A stretch of DNA of 64,000 nt, taken from Lama guanicoe. Taxonomy: Eukaryota. Below, piece by piece: positions 1 to 13,780 of the stretch. The stretch covers positions 219,882 to 283,881 of the forward strand of contig MU055488.1 of NCBI GenBank assembly GCA_013239625.1, given 5' to 3'. Numbering within the stretch: position 1 is the stretch's first letter; each line of letters opens with the position of its first letter. The notes under the pieces are model-generated. The model had not been told where the DNA came from, made no database searches, and worked only from the letters and a program-made list of their open reading frames with translations. Made by a program: the position numbers and the translations under genes.

Positions 1-479
1 TGTCCGGTCCCCCGGTGGACTTGCGGTTCCTCCTTCTGGCTTAGGCCGAGATGGGGACCACCAGACGGGCCCACCTCTTGAGCAGACTCTCTGGGGCTGA
101 GTGGGGCTCCAGGTCCACCTTTCCTGAGGTGGAGGATGGACGGAAAGCCCACCACCGTGTTGTGCTGCAGCCACTGCGCAGCCCCTCTCCCGCGCTCCGT
201 TTTGCAGCCGGTGTTTCCGCTGGATAAAGGTGTGGGCGCTGAGCAGGAGCCTCAGGCAGCGGCTATGCCTGCACCCCAGGGTGTCGGGTGGTCAGGGTGT
301 TCCCGGCGTGGGGCTGTCCCCGTGGAGGGGCGGGGCTGCAGGACGCCGCGGCTGCCCACGTGTGCGTCTCTGAAGACCGGAGCCGCGCCGTCATCTCTCC
401 TCTCAGGTGACCAATACTTCGTGGCGCTACGACCGCCCCAACGTCTCCTCACTGGAAAGTGCGGCTGTCTGCGGGCCGG

Positions 480-1500
<1,021 letters not shown>

Positions 1501-1714
1501 CATCTTACATTTTCCAAGTTAAGCAGACCCTTGCGGTTGTCTACAACGGGCCACTTCCAAACGATTCCTTAGGATCCCGTGGTTAGATAGCTACGTAGGG
1601 TTTTGTGATTCAGTAAAATCATCTTTATGGACCCTTTTAGTTAAAGGCAATTTTGCATAATGTTGTCTTCCGGGGTTTGTAATGACAACGCTGACTTGCA
1701 GAGGGGCAGTGCGG

Positions 1715-1835
1715 CCGGGTGAGTGTAAAGAGCATGTGCGTTGGCAACTTGTCTGGATTTGAATCCTACCTCTGCCACTTGGTCAAGTTACTTGAGAGCG
1801 CTCAGTCTGTTTCTCTGGCTGTCATTTGGGGTTAG
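1715..1835 (+). mobile_element. MIR fragment
   Basis: ctggatttgaatcctacctctgccacttggtcaagttactt...ctcagtctgtttctc. Confidence 0.6.
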
Positions 1836-2328
1836 TGTGGCAACACCCTGGACACAGGACTGTCCTGAGCGGGAGGTGGATTCCAGGGCCCAGTGAAAGC
1901 CCCATTTCCCATTCTTGGGGGTGGTGAGATGCAGAGCTGTGTGGCACCAAGAACTGCCCAGGGCGCAGGCGGATCTGATAGGAGTAGAAACCCGGCTGCC
2001 TGAGATGAAAGAGGCGCGGTGTGAGGGGTCCGGAGGGCACACTGCTGGTGCGTGTGGCAGGGGGAGAGTGAAGAGAGTGGAAGGTGTGTGTTTAACAAAG
2101 GGAGAGTGCAGCATGGCGGTGGACGAGGGGCGGAGGACGGAAGGAGGGAGAACCGGAGAATGAGGGACTGGGACAGCTGGCCCTGAGGAGATGGGTGGGG
2201 GGCTCACTCCATCCCACCCCTGCTCTTGGGAGCTGCCCTGGAGGTCAGCACAGGAAAACTTGGGCTTCTGAGGCTCACGTGCACGCTTGCCTCAGTGATG
2301 TTAATTCTTACCTTGTTTATCTCTTCAG

Positions 2329-2379
2329 TAATCATGGACAAGTACCAGGAGCAGCCTCATCTGTTGGACCCGCACCTTG
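2329..2379 (+). CDS. TBCD: TBCD exon 2
   Basis: ctcttcag|TA ATC ATG GAC AAG = (V)IMDKYQEQPHLLDPHL; donor G|gtaaga; 51 nt. Confidence 0.97.
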
Positions 2380-3849
2380 GTAAGAGCAGAGGTTGAGGAT
2401 TTTGACTTTGATCATTCAGTTGCTGGTAATCCCAAAGTCTTGGAGTGTGGCGTACATGTGCATGCGTATGCATGTGCATGTGTGTGTGTTTGCCTGCAGA
2501 AGGGATCAGGATGCAGTGCCGGGCTTACTTGTTAGCAGGTCCTGGCTGATGAGTTTTAGCAGTCCCGTGGTAGTGGCGTGCGTCCCAGGTCATGCCAGGC
2601 TGCGGGCAGGTGTATTTGAGTTACTTTTTTCCTTGCCGCTATTGAAAGAACACATCTTTTGCTCATCACGTGTATTTGATCTGTTTGCCTCTAGGCATAT
2701 TTTGTTACAAGAGCAAGTGCTTCAAGTGGCTCCCCGTTTAATGCTCACAGCATCTACAGAGTGTGTCTCTGTGTGCGTCTCCATTTCACAGATGAACACA
2801 CTGAGGCTTGGGTTTCCTTAACTTTAATGTAGGATGGGGAAATTACTTGTTTGTTTCAATTGGCTCTTATTTTCTTTATTTTTGAATGATTTCTCAGGGT
2901 AATTTTTTCTTTTCTATTTGCGATCCTTACACATGCTTCTGGCAGTGAACTTGGGAAATAGGAAGGTAGTGATAGTAACTTATGTTGAAGGGCAGTGTGA
3001 GGTGGGGGTTACACAGACCCCTGGCTAGACCGTCTAGATTTACTCTAGCTGTGCCACCTGGCCGCTCTGTGCCTGAGTCTCCTCACCTGTGATACGAGCT
3101 GTCAGCGCCACCTGCCCTGTTGGGCGGCTGGAGCCCGGGGGCTTGCCTCAGTGCGCACTCAGGTGCCTTTTAACAAGTGGGCTGTGCTGCGCGTGCTGGT
3201 TTTTCCTTTTCAAGTAACCAGTGGTTTTGTAGAAGGTGAGTGCTGTGAACCCTCAGCTGTCTGGGAAGCACAGGTGTGTTTTCTGCGTGGTTGGCAGCTT
3301 GGCTGAGCAGAAGTGGAAGGCGCGGTTCCGCCGTCCCCACTCTGGGAACGTCGTGTCCCAGGTCTGCGTTTCTTTCTCAGACTTTTTTGCCTCTGAAAGT
3401 TTCTAGAACCTGATACTTTAGGCAGGTATAACTTGCTCTAGGCTTTTTTTTTTCTTATACTGGGCGTTAGCTGGACAGTTTCAGGCTGAAGACTTGCATC
3501 TCTTGGCTCAGGGGACTTTGCTTCTGGTGTGTTTTTGATCATTTCTCTGCTTCTGCCTTCTCTTTTTGATGTGCCTGTGAATTGAATGTTGAGTTTTCTT
3601 AGCTTTTCCCTCATACTTCTGCTTTTTGATCTTTATTTTGCACATAGAAGATGTTTTTGAGTTTATTTTGACAATCGTTTTTACTTTCTAAGAGCTCTTG
3701 TCCTTGGTGCGGTCTGTTTCAAAGTTGTCTTACAGGTCAGGCTTTCCTCTCTGGGGAGCATGTGCCTGGTTGCTGTGTCCGGTGGCCAGGGGAGGGTCCT
3801 GCTGTGGGCTTCTGAGCCCAGAATGCTCATTGCCTCTTTCCCTCCTTCC

Positions 3850-4700
3850 AGTCCCTGGTAACCACGGGTCTGTCTCCATGGATTTGGGTATTCTAAGTAT
3901 TTCGTGCAGTGGATTCAGACAACATGTGGTCTTTTGTAACTGGCATCTTTAACTTAGCATAATATTTTCAAGGTTCACTGTGTAATGAAATACTTCACTA
4001 CTTGTTCAATTTCTTTTGGGTTTTCTAAGAAGGTAAATAATTACATAGTTTAAAAAAATATGTATTTGATCTTTTTATCCATGGTTATACATTTTCATTC
4101 TTCCTTTAAAATTTTTAAAAAGGGTAATGCTGCAAGATATAATTTACATACAGTAAAATGCACCCATTTTGAGTATACAGTTCAAGCTTTGATAAATGTT
4201 GGCACCCTCACTGCTGTCAAGGGCAGAGCATTCTCTTCACCCCCCGAGAAGTGGCCTCCTGTCCCTTTGCAGTCCTCCTGACCTGGCCCCGGGCACCACT
4301 GTCCCACTTGCTCTCTGGCCTCTTCAGTTCAAATCCTGTTTCTGAGACTCATCTCTGTGGTCACTCACGTATCAGCAGTCTCTTCCTTTCCTGCCGAACT
4401 GCACTTTGTTTATCCTTTCTCCTGTTGGTGGAGATTTGGGTTGTTCCAGCTTTGGGCTGTTAGGGACACCGCTGTCACCATTTGCAGACAATTCTTTGGG
4501 TGGACGAGTTTGCATTTCTGTGTAAGAGTGGAATTGCTGGGTGTGCAGCAAATGTGGGTTTTCTGGTAAACTGCCACGCGGTTTCCATAAAGGTTGTACA
4601 TTTTACATTTGCAGCAAATCCATGAGAATTCAGTTGCCCTGCGTCCCAGCAGCATTTAGTCTTGTCCGTTTTTCTGATTCTAGTCGTTTCCTGGTGTCTC
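3850..4700 (-). mobile_element. Old LINE-1 3'-end fragments
   Basis: Typical antisense L1M 3'UTR phrases: gatataatttacatacagtaaaatgcacccatttt, ttaacttagcataatattttcaaggttca, gagtggaattgctggg. Confidence 0.7.
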
Positions 4701-4759
4701 AGTGTACTTTTACTCTGTGCTTCCTAGGTGCACCTTGCATCCTTCTCCGTGTATTAAGA

Positions 4760-7000
4760 CTTAACGGCCCAGAGCGTGGTCTGTTTTGTGGTGAGTTCTG
4801 TTTGCACTTGAGAAGAGTATCTTTCTGCTGTTGGCTGGAGTGCTCTGTCAATGTCATTTAAAAAATAAGGCGGTTATTGGTGTGTTACTTGGATCTTTTA
4901 TATCCTTACTCATCTTTTTCACATGTTCTGTCAATTCCTGAGAGAGGAGTATAGAAATCTTCAGCAGTAATTATGGATTTGTCTGTTTCTCCTTTCAGTT
5001 CTCTCAGTGTTTGCTTTGCTTATCTTGAAGTCCTGTAGTTTCATCTGTGCACTGAGAGGACGGTTAAATCTTGGAGAACTGACCCTTATGTCATTATGAA
5101 AGGTCATCTTTGTCTCTGTAGGAGTCCTTGTTCTGAAGTCTGTCTGACTGAGGCTGGTGTGGGCTCCCCAGCTTTCTCGTGGTTAGTGATTGCTTGGTAA
5201 ATCTTTTTCCTTCCTTTTACTTTTAACCAGCTGTGTCTTTATTTTTGTAGTGCATTTCATGTAGGGAGAATGCAGTTGGGTGTTCCTGTTTCTAAAATCC
5301 ACTCTGACAGTTACTGCCTTTTACCTGTAGTGTGAGGTCCTGTGGTGTAGCTGTCCGTTTCCTCGCTCTCTGCTGACTCGTTTCCCCATCTGTTTTTGTT
5401 TCTTTTTTACTCTTTGCCTGCTTTCTTTTGTGTAAACTTAATGTCTGTTGGTGTTTAATTTTGTCTCCACTGTTAGTTCATTAGCTGTTCCTTTGCTTTG
5501 TATTTTTAGCGATTGCTTTGGGGTGTGGTGTGCCTCCTCAGCTTACCACGGCCCACCCCAGTGATACTATGCCGTCTTGGGTGTAGTGTAAGGACCTCAC
5601 GGGCAGAGTCTCTCATTCTCCCTTCTGTTCTTTGTCACACACCTTTCTTCTATGTATGTGATAAACCTTTACACTATATTGTCATGGTTTTTATTTTGAA
5701 CATTCAAGTTTTTTTCCCCCGAAGAAATTAATAATGAGAAAGTCCTTAATATTTATTTGTGCACTTACTATTTCCACCTTTATGCTTTGCTTTCTATAGA
5801 CTGTAGTTTCTGTCTGGTATCATTTACTTTCTGCTTGAAGAATTTACTTCAACATTTCTCCTGGTGTAGATTTACTGGTGATGAATTCTTTCAGCTTTTG
5901 TTTGATAGTTTGCTTCACTTTCATTTTTGAAAGATGTATTGCTGGCTGTGGAACTCTAGGTTGACAGCGTTTTCTTTCCTCATTTTGGAAGACACGGCTG
6001 GTTGGCTCTGGCGAGAAGTCGGCCTTTGCTCGCCTCTGTTCCTCTGGGTGAAGTGTGCTTTTGTCTCTGGTTGCTTTTAGAATTTTCTGTTTATTGCTGG
6101 TTTTCAACAACTTGATTATGACATGCTGTGGTGTGGGTTTTTTCTGTTTTTCCTGTTTGGAGTTTGTTGGACCTTTTGGGTTGAGGGATTTATAGACTTT
6201 TATCAGATCTGGGGAAATCGTGGCTCTTCCTCCATGAGCGATCGTCTCTGTCCTTGCCTGCCCGACTCCAGGCACCCCTCTGCTGGTACGCGTGGCACCC
6301 GGCAGGGGCACTGCGGCTGCTTGGTTGTTTACATCTTCTCTCCCCTTAGTCTGGAAGTTTTTATTGCTGTCTTCAGGCTCTCTGATCCTTTCTTCTGCAG
6401 TCTAATCTGTTGATGCCATTTAATTTGTCATTTTATTTTATTATTTTTAATTTTGGGGGCAGGTAATTAGGTTTACTTATTTTTTAATGGAGGGACTGGG
6501 GACTGAACCTAGGACCTTGTGCGCGCTGAGCACGTGCTCTACCGCTGAGCTACACCTGCCCCCACTAAATTGTCGTTTTAGGTCTTACTTATTCCAGCTC
6601 TTAAAATTCTGTTTTTTAAATAGCTGCTGTTTCTTTCCTCATGTTGATTATGTTGTCTTTTACTACCTTAAGGATGTTTTATAGTATTTATAGTGTCTGA
6701 AGTTCATGTCTACTAATTCTATCGTCTTTGTAATTTCTGGTTATTTCTGTTGACTGATTTTCCTGTTGGGGTCACAGTAGTTTTAGACAGTCACATGTTT
6801 AGTAATTTTTTTAGTGGATGACGGACGCTGTGATTGTTATCTTGTTGGGTGTTCTAAAGCTTTCTGTCTTTGAAGAGTGTTGGCGTTTTCAGGCAGTTTA
6901 GTTAACTGTCCATCAGGTGCCTCCTTTGCATCCTGCTTAAGCTTTGTTGGGCAGGTGTAGCTTCTTCTCTAGTTTTTCTCTAATTTAGCCTTACTACTAA
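4760..7000 (-). mobile_element. Ancient LINE-1 fragment (ORF1 and start of ORF2)
   Basis: ORF 5844-6311(-) contains PTPQHVIIKLLKTSNKQKILKA...ADFS...CQPR...QKLKEFITSK, resembling the L1 ORF1p C-terminal half. 4860-5330 resembles the antisense endonuclease region. Boundaries approximate. Confidence 0.8.
6436..6563 (-). mobile_element. tRNA-derived SINE (Vic-1-like)
   Basis: Minus strand reads GGGGGCAGGTGTAGCTCAGCGGTAGAGC...GGTCCTAGGTTCAGTCCCCAGT (A and B boxes) with an A-rich tail; degenerate TSD aa(t/a)ttgtc(a/g)tttta. Inserted in an old L1. Confidence 0.85.
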
Positions 7001-7820
7001 GGAAAGACTTTACTGGAATGCCTGCTGGTTGCTCTGGGTGCTCAACAAGGACTCTGGCCTGATGGGATTCGAATGTCAGGCCTGTGTGAGCTGTGGGAAC
7101 TCAGCCGGAGTGCTTCCGGGCAGTTGTTCGTACCCAGCCTTGGGGTATAACCACTGTCTGTGAGGGTCCAGCCAGACTTGAGGGGCCTCAGCAGACTCCT
7201 GGAGCTGTTCCTCTGCTTAGCTTCCTCCGGCTCGCCGTCCTGCAGATTTCAGCCGACTCGGCCTCCTCAAAGCCCAGTCTCCGCTCCGCTTGGGTCCCCC
7301 TCTGCACTGGGTTGCAACAGTTACTTTCCGGTGGGCAGCCTGGGCGGCTGAGGCCCCAGCTGGTTGGTTCCCGTGCACTGCCTGCTGCCCGGTGTCTGAA
7401 AACACTTGTGTCTGGCTCCCTGATTGTTGGCGGGAGGGCCGCTCCTTACCAGCCGTTCCGTAGAAGCTGGGAGTGTGGAGACCCCTTTTCCCCCTCTTCT
7501 TACCTCGGTTAGAATCAGGTTGCTGCTGAATTGTAGCAATTGTAGCAGGTGTCTTCCTTAGAGCATGGTATTAGTTACTGATTTGAGATGGAATAATTTT
7601 AAAAATTAAGAATGTTCTCCCTACGTTTCAAAAGCAGGAATGAAGTATTAACCCTAATGCCCTTTTAGAAACTGCTAAGATGGAAATTTTTTTTTCTTTT
7701 GCTCTATTGATACTTGGATTATATAGACTTACTAACATTGAACCATTCTTACATTTCTAATAGTCCTTTTTTCTTTTGGCATTTTGTTTTGTATCATATT
7801 GGTGTTTAATTTAATAGTAA

Positions 7821-7955
<135 letters not shown>

Positions 7956-8811
7956 TAGCACTTTGTAGTTGAGAGAACACTTTCTTAAAACACTTGTTCC
8001 AGAAGTTGCCTTCTGAAATGCTACCTCTCAGGAAGGCTGGTTCTCACACACCAGCTGTGGGTTCCCCTATCCCGATCTCACCATGTGTCGGGGATCGGGT
8101 GTTAGTGGTCTGGTTGTGCCTTTGGCTGCAGCCGTGCTTTGCTGCGTTGTTTCCAGCACCTTGCCTTTGGTGGGCGAGGCGCCAGTGAGCTGGAAATGGG
8201 GGGTCCATGCACGTCCATGTGTGTATGTGTATATGCCTGACTGAGGAAGAGCACAAAGTTGGAAGGAAGTGGAGGTGCAGACCGCCGAGTAGGGTCTTGT
8301 TCAGCGCAGACTCTGAGGGAGTGGGTCTGGGGTGGGGCCTGGTGGTCTGCAGTCTTACAAGCTCCAGGTGCTGCCTGTGTGCTGGCCTGTATACTTACTC
8401 ACGGGAGAGACTCAGCCACCTTGGGGTGGGTGGTGGGTCTGTGGGGCGGCAGGTTGCTGGCCATGGTGCCTGCGGTGTGGGTGGGGACGGGCCGTTTACA
8501 CGCTTCTTGCCCTCAGTTGGTTGAGTGCAGGGTCCCTCCTGAAGGCGTACTGCTGGTGCATTTCACAGAAGCCTTAACGAATTTGGGAAGCTTTCGGTTC
8601 CCAAGGACTTAATCCTCAGAATTAAGATAGAAGCAAAACTTGGGAGTTCATGATAAATCTCTATTTCTGCTGAAGCACACCCAGGATCTGTTGGTCACAC
8701 TGGGACCAAACACGCACACGGCATGATTCAAGAAGCAGAGGTAGCTCTCCTGCCGTTTAGTCTCACGAAGTTGTGTCCTTGTAGTGGGACATCGTTCTTT
8801 TGCTTATTGGG

Positions 8812-8981
8812 GCGGCCCACGTGGTGATTTTTGATATTAGAGAAAATAATTTGCTTCTTTCTGTATCTTCTTATTATGTAATAATTCAGTGTCTTTGCGG
8901 CCCACGTGGTGATTTTTGATATTAGAGAAAATAATTTGCTTCTTTCTGTATCTTCTTATTATGTAATAATTCAGTGTCTTT
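8812..8981. repeat. Perfect 85-bp tandem duplication
   Basis: 8812-8896 is identical to 8897-8981 (gcggcccacgtggtg...attcagtgtcttt). Confidence 0.95.
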
Positions 8982-8994
8982 TTTTATTTGATAG

Positions 8995-9240
<246 letters not shown>

Positions 9241-9349
9241 TAGTGGCTTTTTTTTTTTTTTAAATGACCTTTATAAAGAAACCACATACCTGCATACAGT
9301 GTAGTGACAGCTGTATCACCGTCCAAATTTCGTACATTTTAAATTGAAC

Positions 9350-9720
9350 TGTGTTGGAGTCCCCAGGACCACCCCAGGTCCGATGTTCCAGGAGGACCAC
9401 CCAGGGCTGGGCATGTGCTTGCCCTGCGGCAGGTTCATTACAGGAAAGTCCTCAGAGAGAGACACGAGGGGTGAAGGTGGAGGGAACCAGGGTCGAGCTT
9501 CCAGACCCTCCTCTCAGTTGGGTCACCCAGGGCACCTGTAATTCCTGAGGGCTGAGTTGTGAAGGTGTGTGAGGTGTTGTCCACCAGGGACAGTCATGGG
9601 GTCAGCACCCAGGATGTCGCCGGAGGTGGGTGGTGTGGGCACTCTGCTGGCTTGTGCTGACCCAGACTCCTGTCTGGGAGGAAGGCAGGTTTCAGCGTAC
9701 GCACGTGGTTCACGCTGACA
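9350..9720 (+). mobile_element. LTR remnant (MER21-like)
   Basis: tgttggagtccccaggaccaccccaggtccgatg...gggaaccagggtcgagcttccag...cctctcagt resembles a MER21-family LTR as I recall it. Confidence 0.55.
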
Positions 9721-9867
9721 GTCCTTAGTTAGGGAGCCTTCCTGAAATCCAGGCTCACAGATGCTGGCCAGTGGCCAGCCTGGCAGTCCGGCGAGGTGTG
9801 GAGCACTTTCAGGTGCAGGAGGCACTCGGGGGCATGGGGTGTGGCCGCACCTATGCCCGTGCCCTGG

Positions 9868-9895
9868 NNNNNNNNNNNNNNNNNNNNNNNNNNNN
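9868..9895. other. Assembly gap (28 N)
   Basis: Run of N followed by G-runs. Confidence 0.99.
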
Positions 9896-9959
9896 GGGGG
9901 TGGGGGGCGGCGGGACCCAGGGGTGGCCGCTTTGTGAGTCAAATCACTCTGGCCTCTAG

Positions 9960-10178
<219 letters not shown>

Positions 10179-11009
10179 TAGGTCCACTGTTGACATCTGA
10201 TCTGCCCTCAGCTGTGGCTGCTCTTCTCAGTGAGGTGAAATTCCAGTTTGTCACTTACCATGAGGTTGTGATGCCTCCTGTGGGGTCAGGATGAGTGACT
10301 TCAGCCTTACGTCCTTGTAGACGGTGCAGATACTCTGATAATAGTGTAGAAGAGGTTTCGGGGCAATGGTAAGAGACAAAAATGTCCATTTACAACTTAA
10401 TTTTTAACATTGTGTGAATAACACATGTTGATTGTAGGAAAATTAGAAAATAAAGAGAAGCAAGACAAATACTAAGTTGAAATTTCTCACATATTAGTGC
10501 CAGGAGAGAGCATTTGTGTTTTTTTCAGACTTCTCCTGCTGCAAGTGCTATGTGCACAGACATAGGTTATTTTAGTAGTCACCTGCCGCTGCGGAGGATG
10601 CCACCCCAGACTTGAGCTGTTGACACAGCACACGCTTACCTGTCGTCTCCCAGTCCCTTGGGTCAGGAGCCTGGGTGTGGCTTTGCCGGGCCCTCTGCGT
10701 CGGGGTCTCCGAGGCTGCAGGCAGAGCTCCCGGGCCGCCCACCTGCAGCTCTCGAGGGTGTTGGCCCCTGGCCTCCAAGCTTGGCGGTCTGTTTCCTTGT
10801 GGGCCCACAACGTGCAGCTCATTCTGTGAAGCCGCAGGGGCGGGGTCTGTCGCAGAGTGCAGGTCACAGTAATGTGTGACCTCAGCGCAGAAGTGATGTC
10901 CCACCACCGTCAAATTCCCTTGGTTAGCAGTCACCGTGGGCACGGTGGGGCGGTGGGGGCAGCGTCTGCCTGCCACTTATACTGCGTTAACGCCTTGGAT
11001 CCCACTTGA

Positions 11010-11125
11010 CGAGGTATTAACTGTTTCATCCTCGTTTTACTGAGGAGGCAACAGGCGTGAAAGTATCCTCGCTTGCCCACTTTCCCGTGCGTGGTGGATC
11101 CAGGTTTGAACCCAGGGCTTTGGCT
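11010..11125 (-). mobile_element. MIR fragment
   Basis: catcctcgttttactgaggaggcaacaggc...cttgccca...ccaggtttgaacccagg. Confidence 0.6.
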
Positions 11126-11842
11126 CCCGGCTTGTCCTCATGGTGCTCCTTGTGGCCCGGGGCCCCGGTGTCCTGCGGCTCTGGGGTTGCTTTCCCCTCA
11201 GCAGGCTCTTGGGAATGTCTTGCTGTGTCAGAGAGTGGACGCTCCCGGGAGTCTTGAGGGGAAAGGTGCTCCCTGATCTTGTTGTTTCTAGATCCTCTCT
11301 TCTGGATGGCGGTTTGCTTCTAGCAGTTATTCTCTGTGTCTTCGGCTCCTAGTGGGGTTGCCTGGGGAGAGGCAGTGCGTTCTTAAAGTTTTGTCCTCCC
11401 GAAGAAAGATCTTCTAAGTGTATCGCTTGGAGAGAAGTTAGTTGCTGAGAGTGGAAACGAGGCAGGCTTCCCGAGAACCCAGTCCTCTCACGTGTGAGCG
11501 GGGTCTCCAGCTGTTCGGCGCACAGGGTGCTCACGGGGCCCACGCATGTTCTGTGGGCTCTGGGTGACGTGTACGTGCTTCCTTTTTCTGCTGGTTTTGC
11601 AAACGTGTTTCATGAGTGTGAGCACACGCCACGTGCAGACTGGACACTTCCTTGAGGTGGTGCAGTGGTGGCAGCTGCAGCCCCGAGCGCAGGTGTGTGA
11701 GTAGTTTGTGCAGCCTTGGGATTTGGCCTCTGCCTGTGGGCGTGGGCTGGCGGGAGCTGCTGAGTGTGGGGCCGGCACTGAGTTGGCCCCTGAGGCTTGC
11801 ATCGTGTGTGTCATGGTGTCCGTCCTCTTTCCCTCCTTGTAG

Positions 11843-11898
11843 TCCTACCTGGTGGTCAGCGACAAGGCCCGGGATGCCGCTGCCGTCCTCGTGTCCAG
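11843..11898 (+). CDS. TBCD: TBCD exon 6
   Basis: ccttgtag|TCC TAC = SYLVVSDKARDAAAVLVS(R); donor AG|gtgagt; 56 nt. Confidence 0.97.
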
Positions 11899-12503
11899 GT
11901 GAGTGCTCTCCGAGCGGGCCTGTCTTCTGTGTTAGCTGTGTGTCTTTGTTGTCAGAGAGGATGCTGGGATGCCTGGTCTGGGGAGGTCCTTGATGTCCTG
12001 AGTACCCCATTGCCCTCCATGGGGGACCAGCAGCACTGCTGGGGTGCAGAAAACCCCTGAACCTATGTGACTGCTGGCACTGCTGGTCTGGGGCTCAGGG
12101 GAGTCACGTGAGGCTGGGTTGGGGGCTCACGGGCCCATCAAAGGAGCATAGGTTTAGAACAGCTGTGGCACTTTTGCCAGACCTTGCCTCTGGGGTGGTG
12201 GCAGGTGGAAGAGCCTTTGAAAGTCACTTAGAAAGCAGTCCACACTGCGATTTGTGGAGATCGCGGGCTGTGAGTGTGTCTTGTGACTTGGGCTGAAAAT
12301 CCCCAGGCGTTCCACGTTACCTAGAGTGGCCGTGCCCCACAAAGGCCCAGATGGTCTTACTGATTAGCTGGGAAGAAGCCCTGGCGGCAGACCTGGCGTC
12401 TCCACAAAAGTGTCAAAAGACGCACATGACTGCATGGACTTGTTTCATGAAATGGGAGAGCACAAGAAAGCAGTTCTTCTGAATCTTTCGATGACGTGAT
12501 TTA

Positions 12504-12715
12504 TTATTTCTTTTTTTAAATTTTTATTTTTTATTGATGTATAGTTGATTTACAATGTTTCAGGTGCACAGTGTGGTGATCCTGTTATGCATATGTATAT
12601 ATATTTTTTCAGACTATTTTCTGTTACAGTTTATTACGAGATACTGAATGTAATTCCTTCTGCTACTAGTGGGTCCTTGTTTATCTGTTTTGTGTGTAGT
12701 AGTGTGTTTCTTGTG
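12504..12715 (-). mobile_element. 5'-truncated younger LINE-1 with TSD
   Basis: T-rich tail followed by ttattgatgtatagttgatttacaatgtt...; TSD tgacgtgattta at 12492-12503 and 12716-12727. Confidence 0.85.
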
Positions 12716-13469
12716 TGACGTGATTTAAAATCTGTGTGTAGTGTAGATGAATTAAAAAGTTTGGCTCCCCCCATTCGTGAAAGTTGGCTGTGAAGACCTT
12801 GGGATGTTCGGGCTGGGAAATGAGCAGCACTTGGCTCCGGGCCACCTTGTCAGCTGTGCAGCCACGACCTTCTTGTCCGAGGTGGGAAGGGAAGTGCCGG
12901 GTGTAGAGGGCAGCTGGGGGCCTCGGACGACACATTTGTGAAGCTGCTTTGCCCACCAAGGGCAGAACTGGTTGCGAGGAATGGTATTAGGAGCTGGAGA
13001 GGGGCCTGAGCCCGCCTGGATGCTCCACCTGGAGGAGAAGCCCGCCTGCAGAGGAGCGAAGTAGGTGGGCTTCCTGACTGTGAAAGTCACCATGTGAGTT
13101 TTGGAAAATAGAAGGTACAAAAGAAAACATACTGTCCTCCCCTGAGATGTAACTGCCCTGTCCTTGGTCCCCCTGCCCGTGGGCGTGTCCGCCAGTGGCC
13201 CACGTCCTTCCATGGCATGTGGGGTGTCGGTGGATTTGTTCCGGTGCCGATGGGCTGACCCTGAGCTTCAGGCGGTCAGGCTTCTGAGCGTGGTTATGGT
13301 GTGACGTGTTCTTCCTCCCGCCCACTGCCGTGTGGACCTGTGTCAGTGAGATGAACATCACGAGCCCCCTGCGTGACCCTTGTGTGGCTCTGGTTGACTC
13401 CTCTTTCCCTCCCAGTTTCTTGAGACATGGTTGGCGCACAGCTCCATGTGCGCCCAGGGTGCGCGGCTT

Positions 13470-13780
13470 GGAGACGTCACTCACAGGCCTTATGATGTGG
13501 TCGTCACAGCAAGCTCAGTGAGCGTCCATCATCTCAGGCAGACATGGAATTAAAGATGTGGGGAACGTCTTCCTCCTTGTGACAAGAGTCCAGGATTCAC
13601 TCCCTTAACGACTTCGGTGCATTTTGTGCAGCAGCGTCAGTTCTGTTCCTCGAGTTGTGTGCACACCCCTGTACCTTTAACGGGAAATTTGTGCCTTTGT
13701 GGCCGCCTTCCCCATCTCCCCCCCTAACCCGCCTCTGGTGACCCCAAGTCTCATTTCTTTCTGTGTGGTTCGACTTCTGA
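13470..13780 (-). mobile_element. LINE-1 3'-end fragment (L1MA-like)
   Basis: Resembles an antisense L1MA-type 3'UTR (ccatcatctca...ggattcactcccttaacgactt...ctggtgacc). Recognised from memory. Confidence 0.55.

Noticed and set aside
1-260. 3' end of the neighbouring FN3K gene (GATAAA at 223-228)
   Set aside because: Plausible from recalled human synteny, but there is no FN3K coding sequence or canonical poly(A) signal in the window.
5844-6311. 155-aa ORF as a domesticated gene
   Set aside because: Degenerate L1 ORF1 remnant with patchy similarity and no evidence of its own promoter or conserved start.
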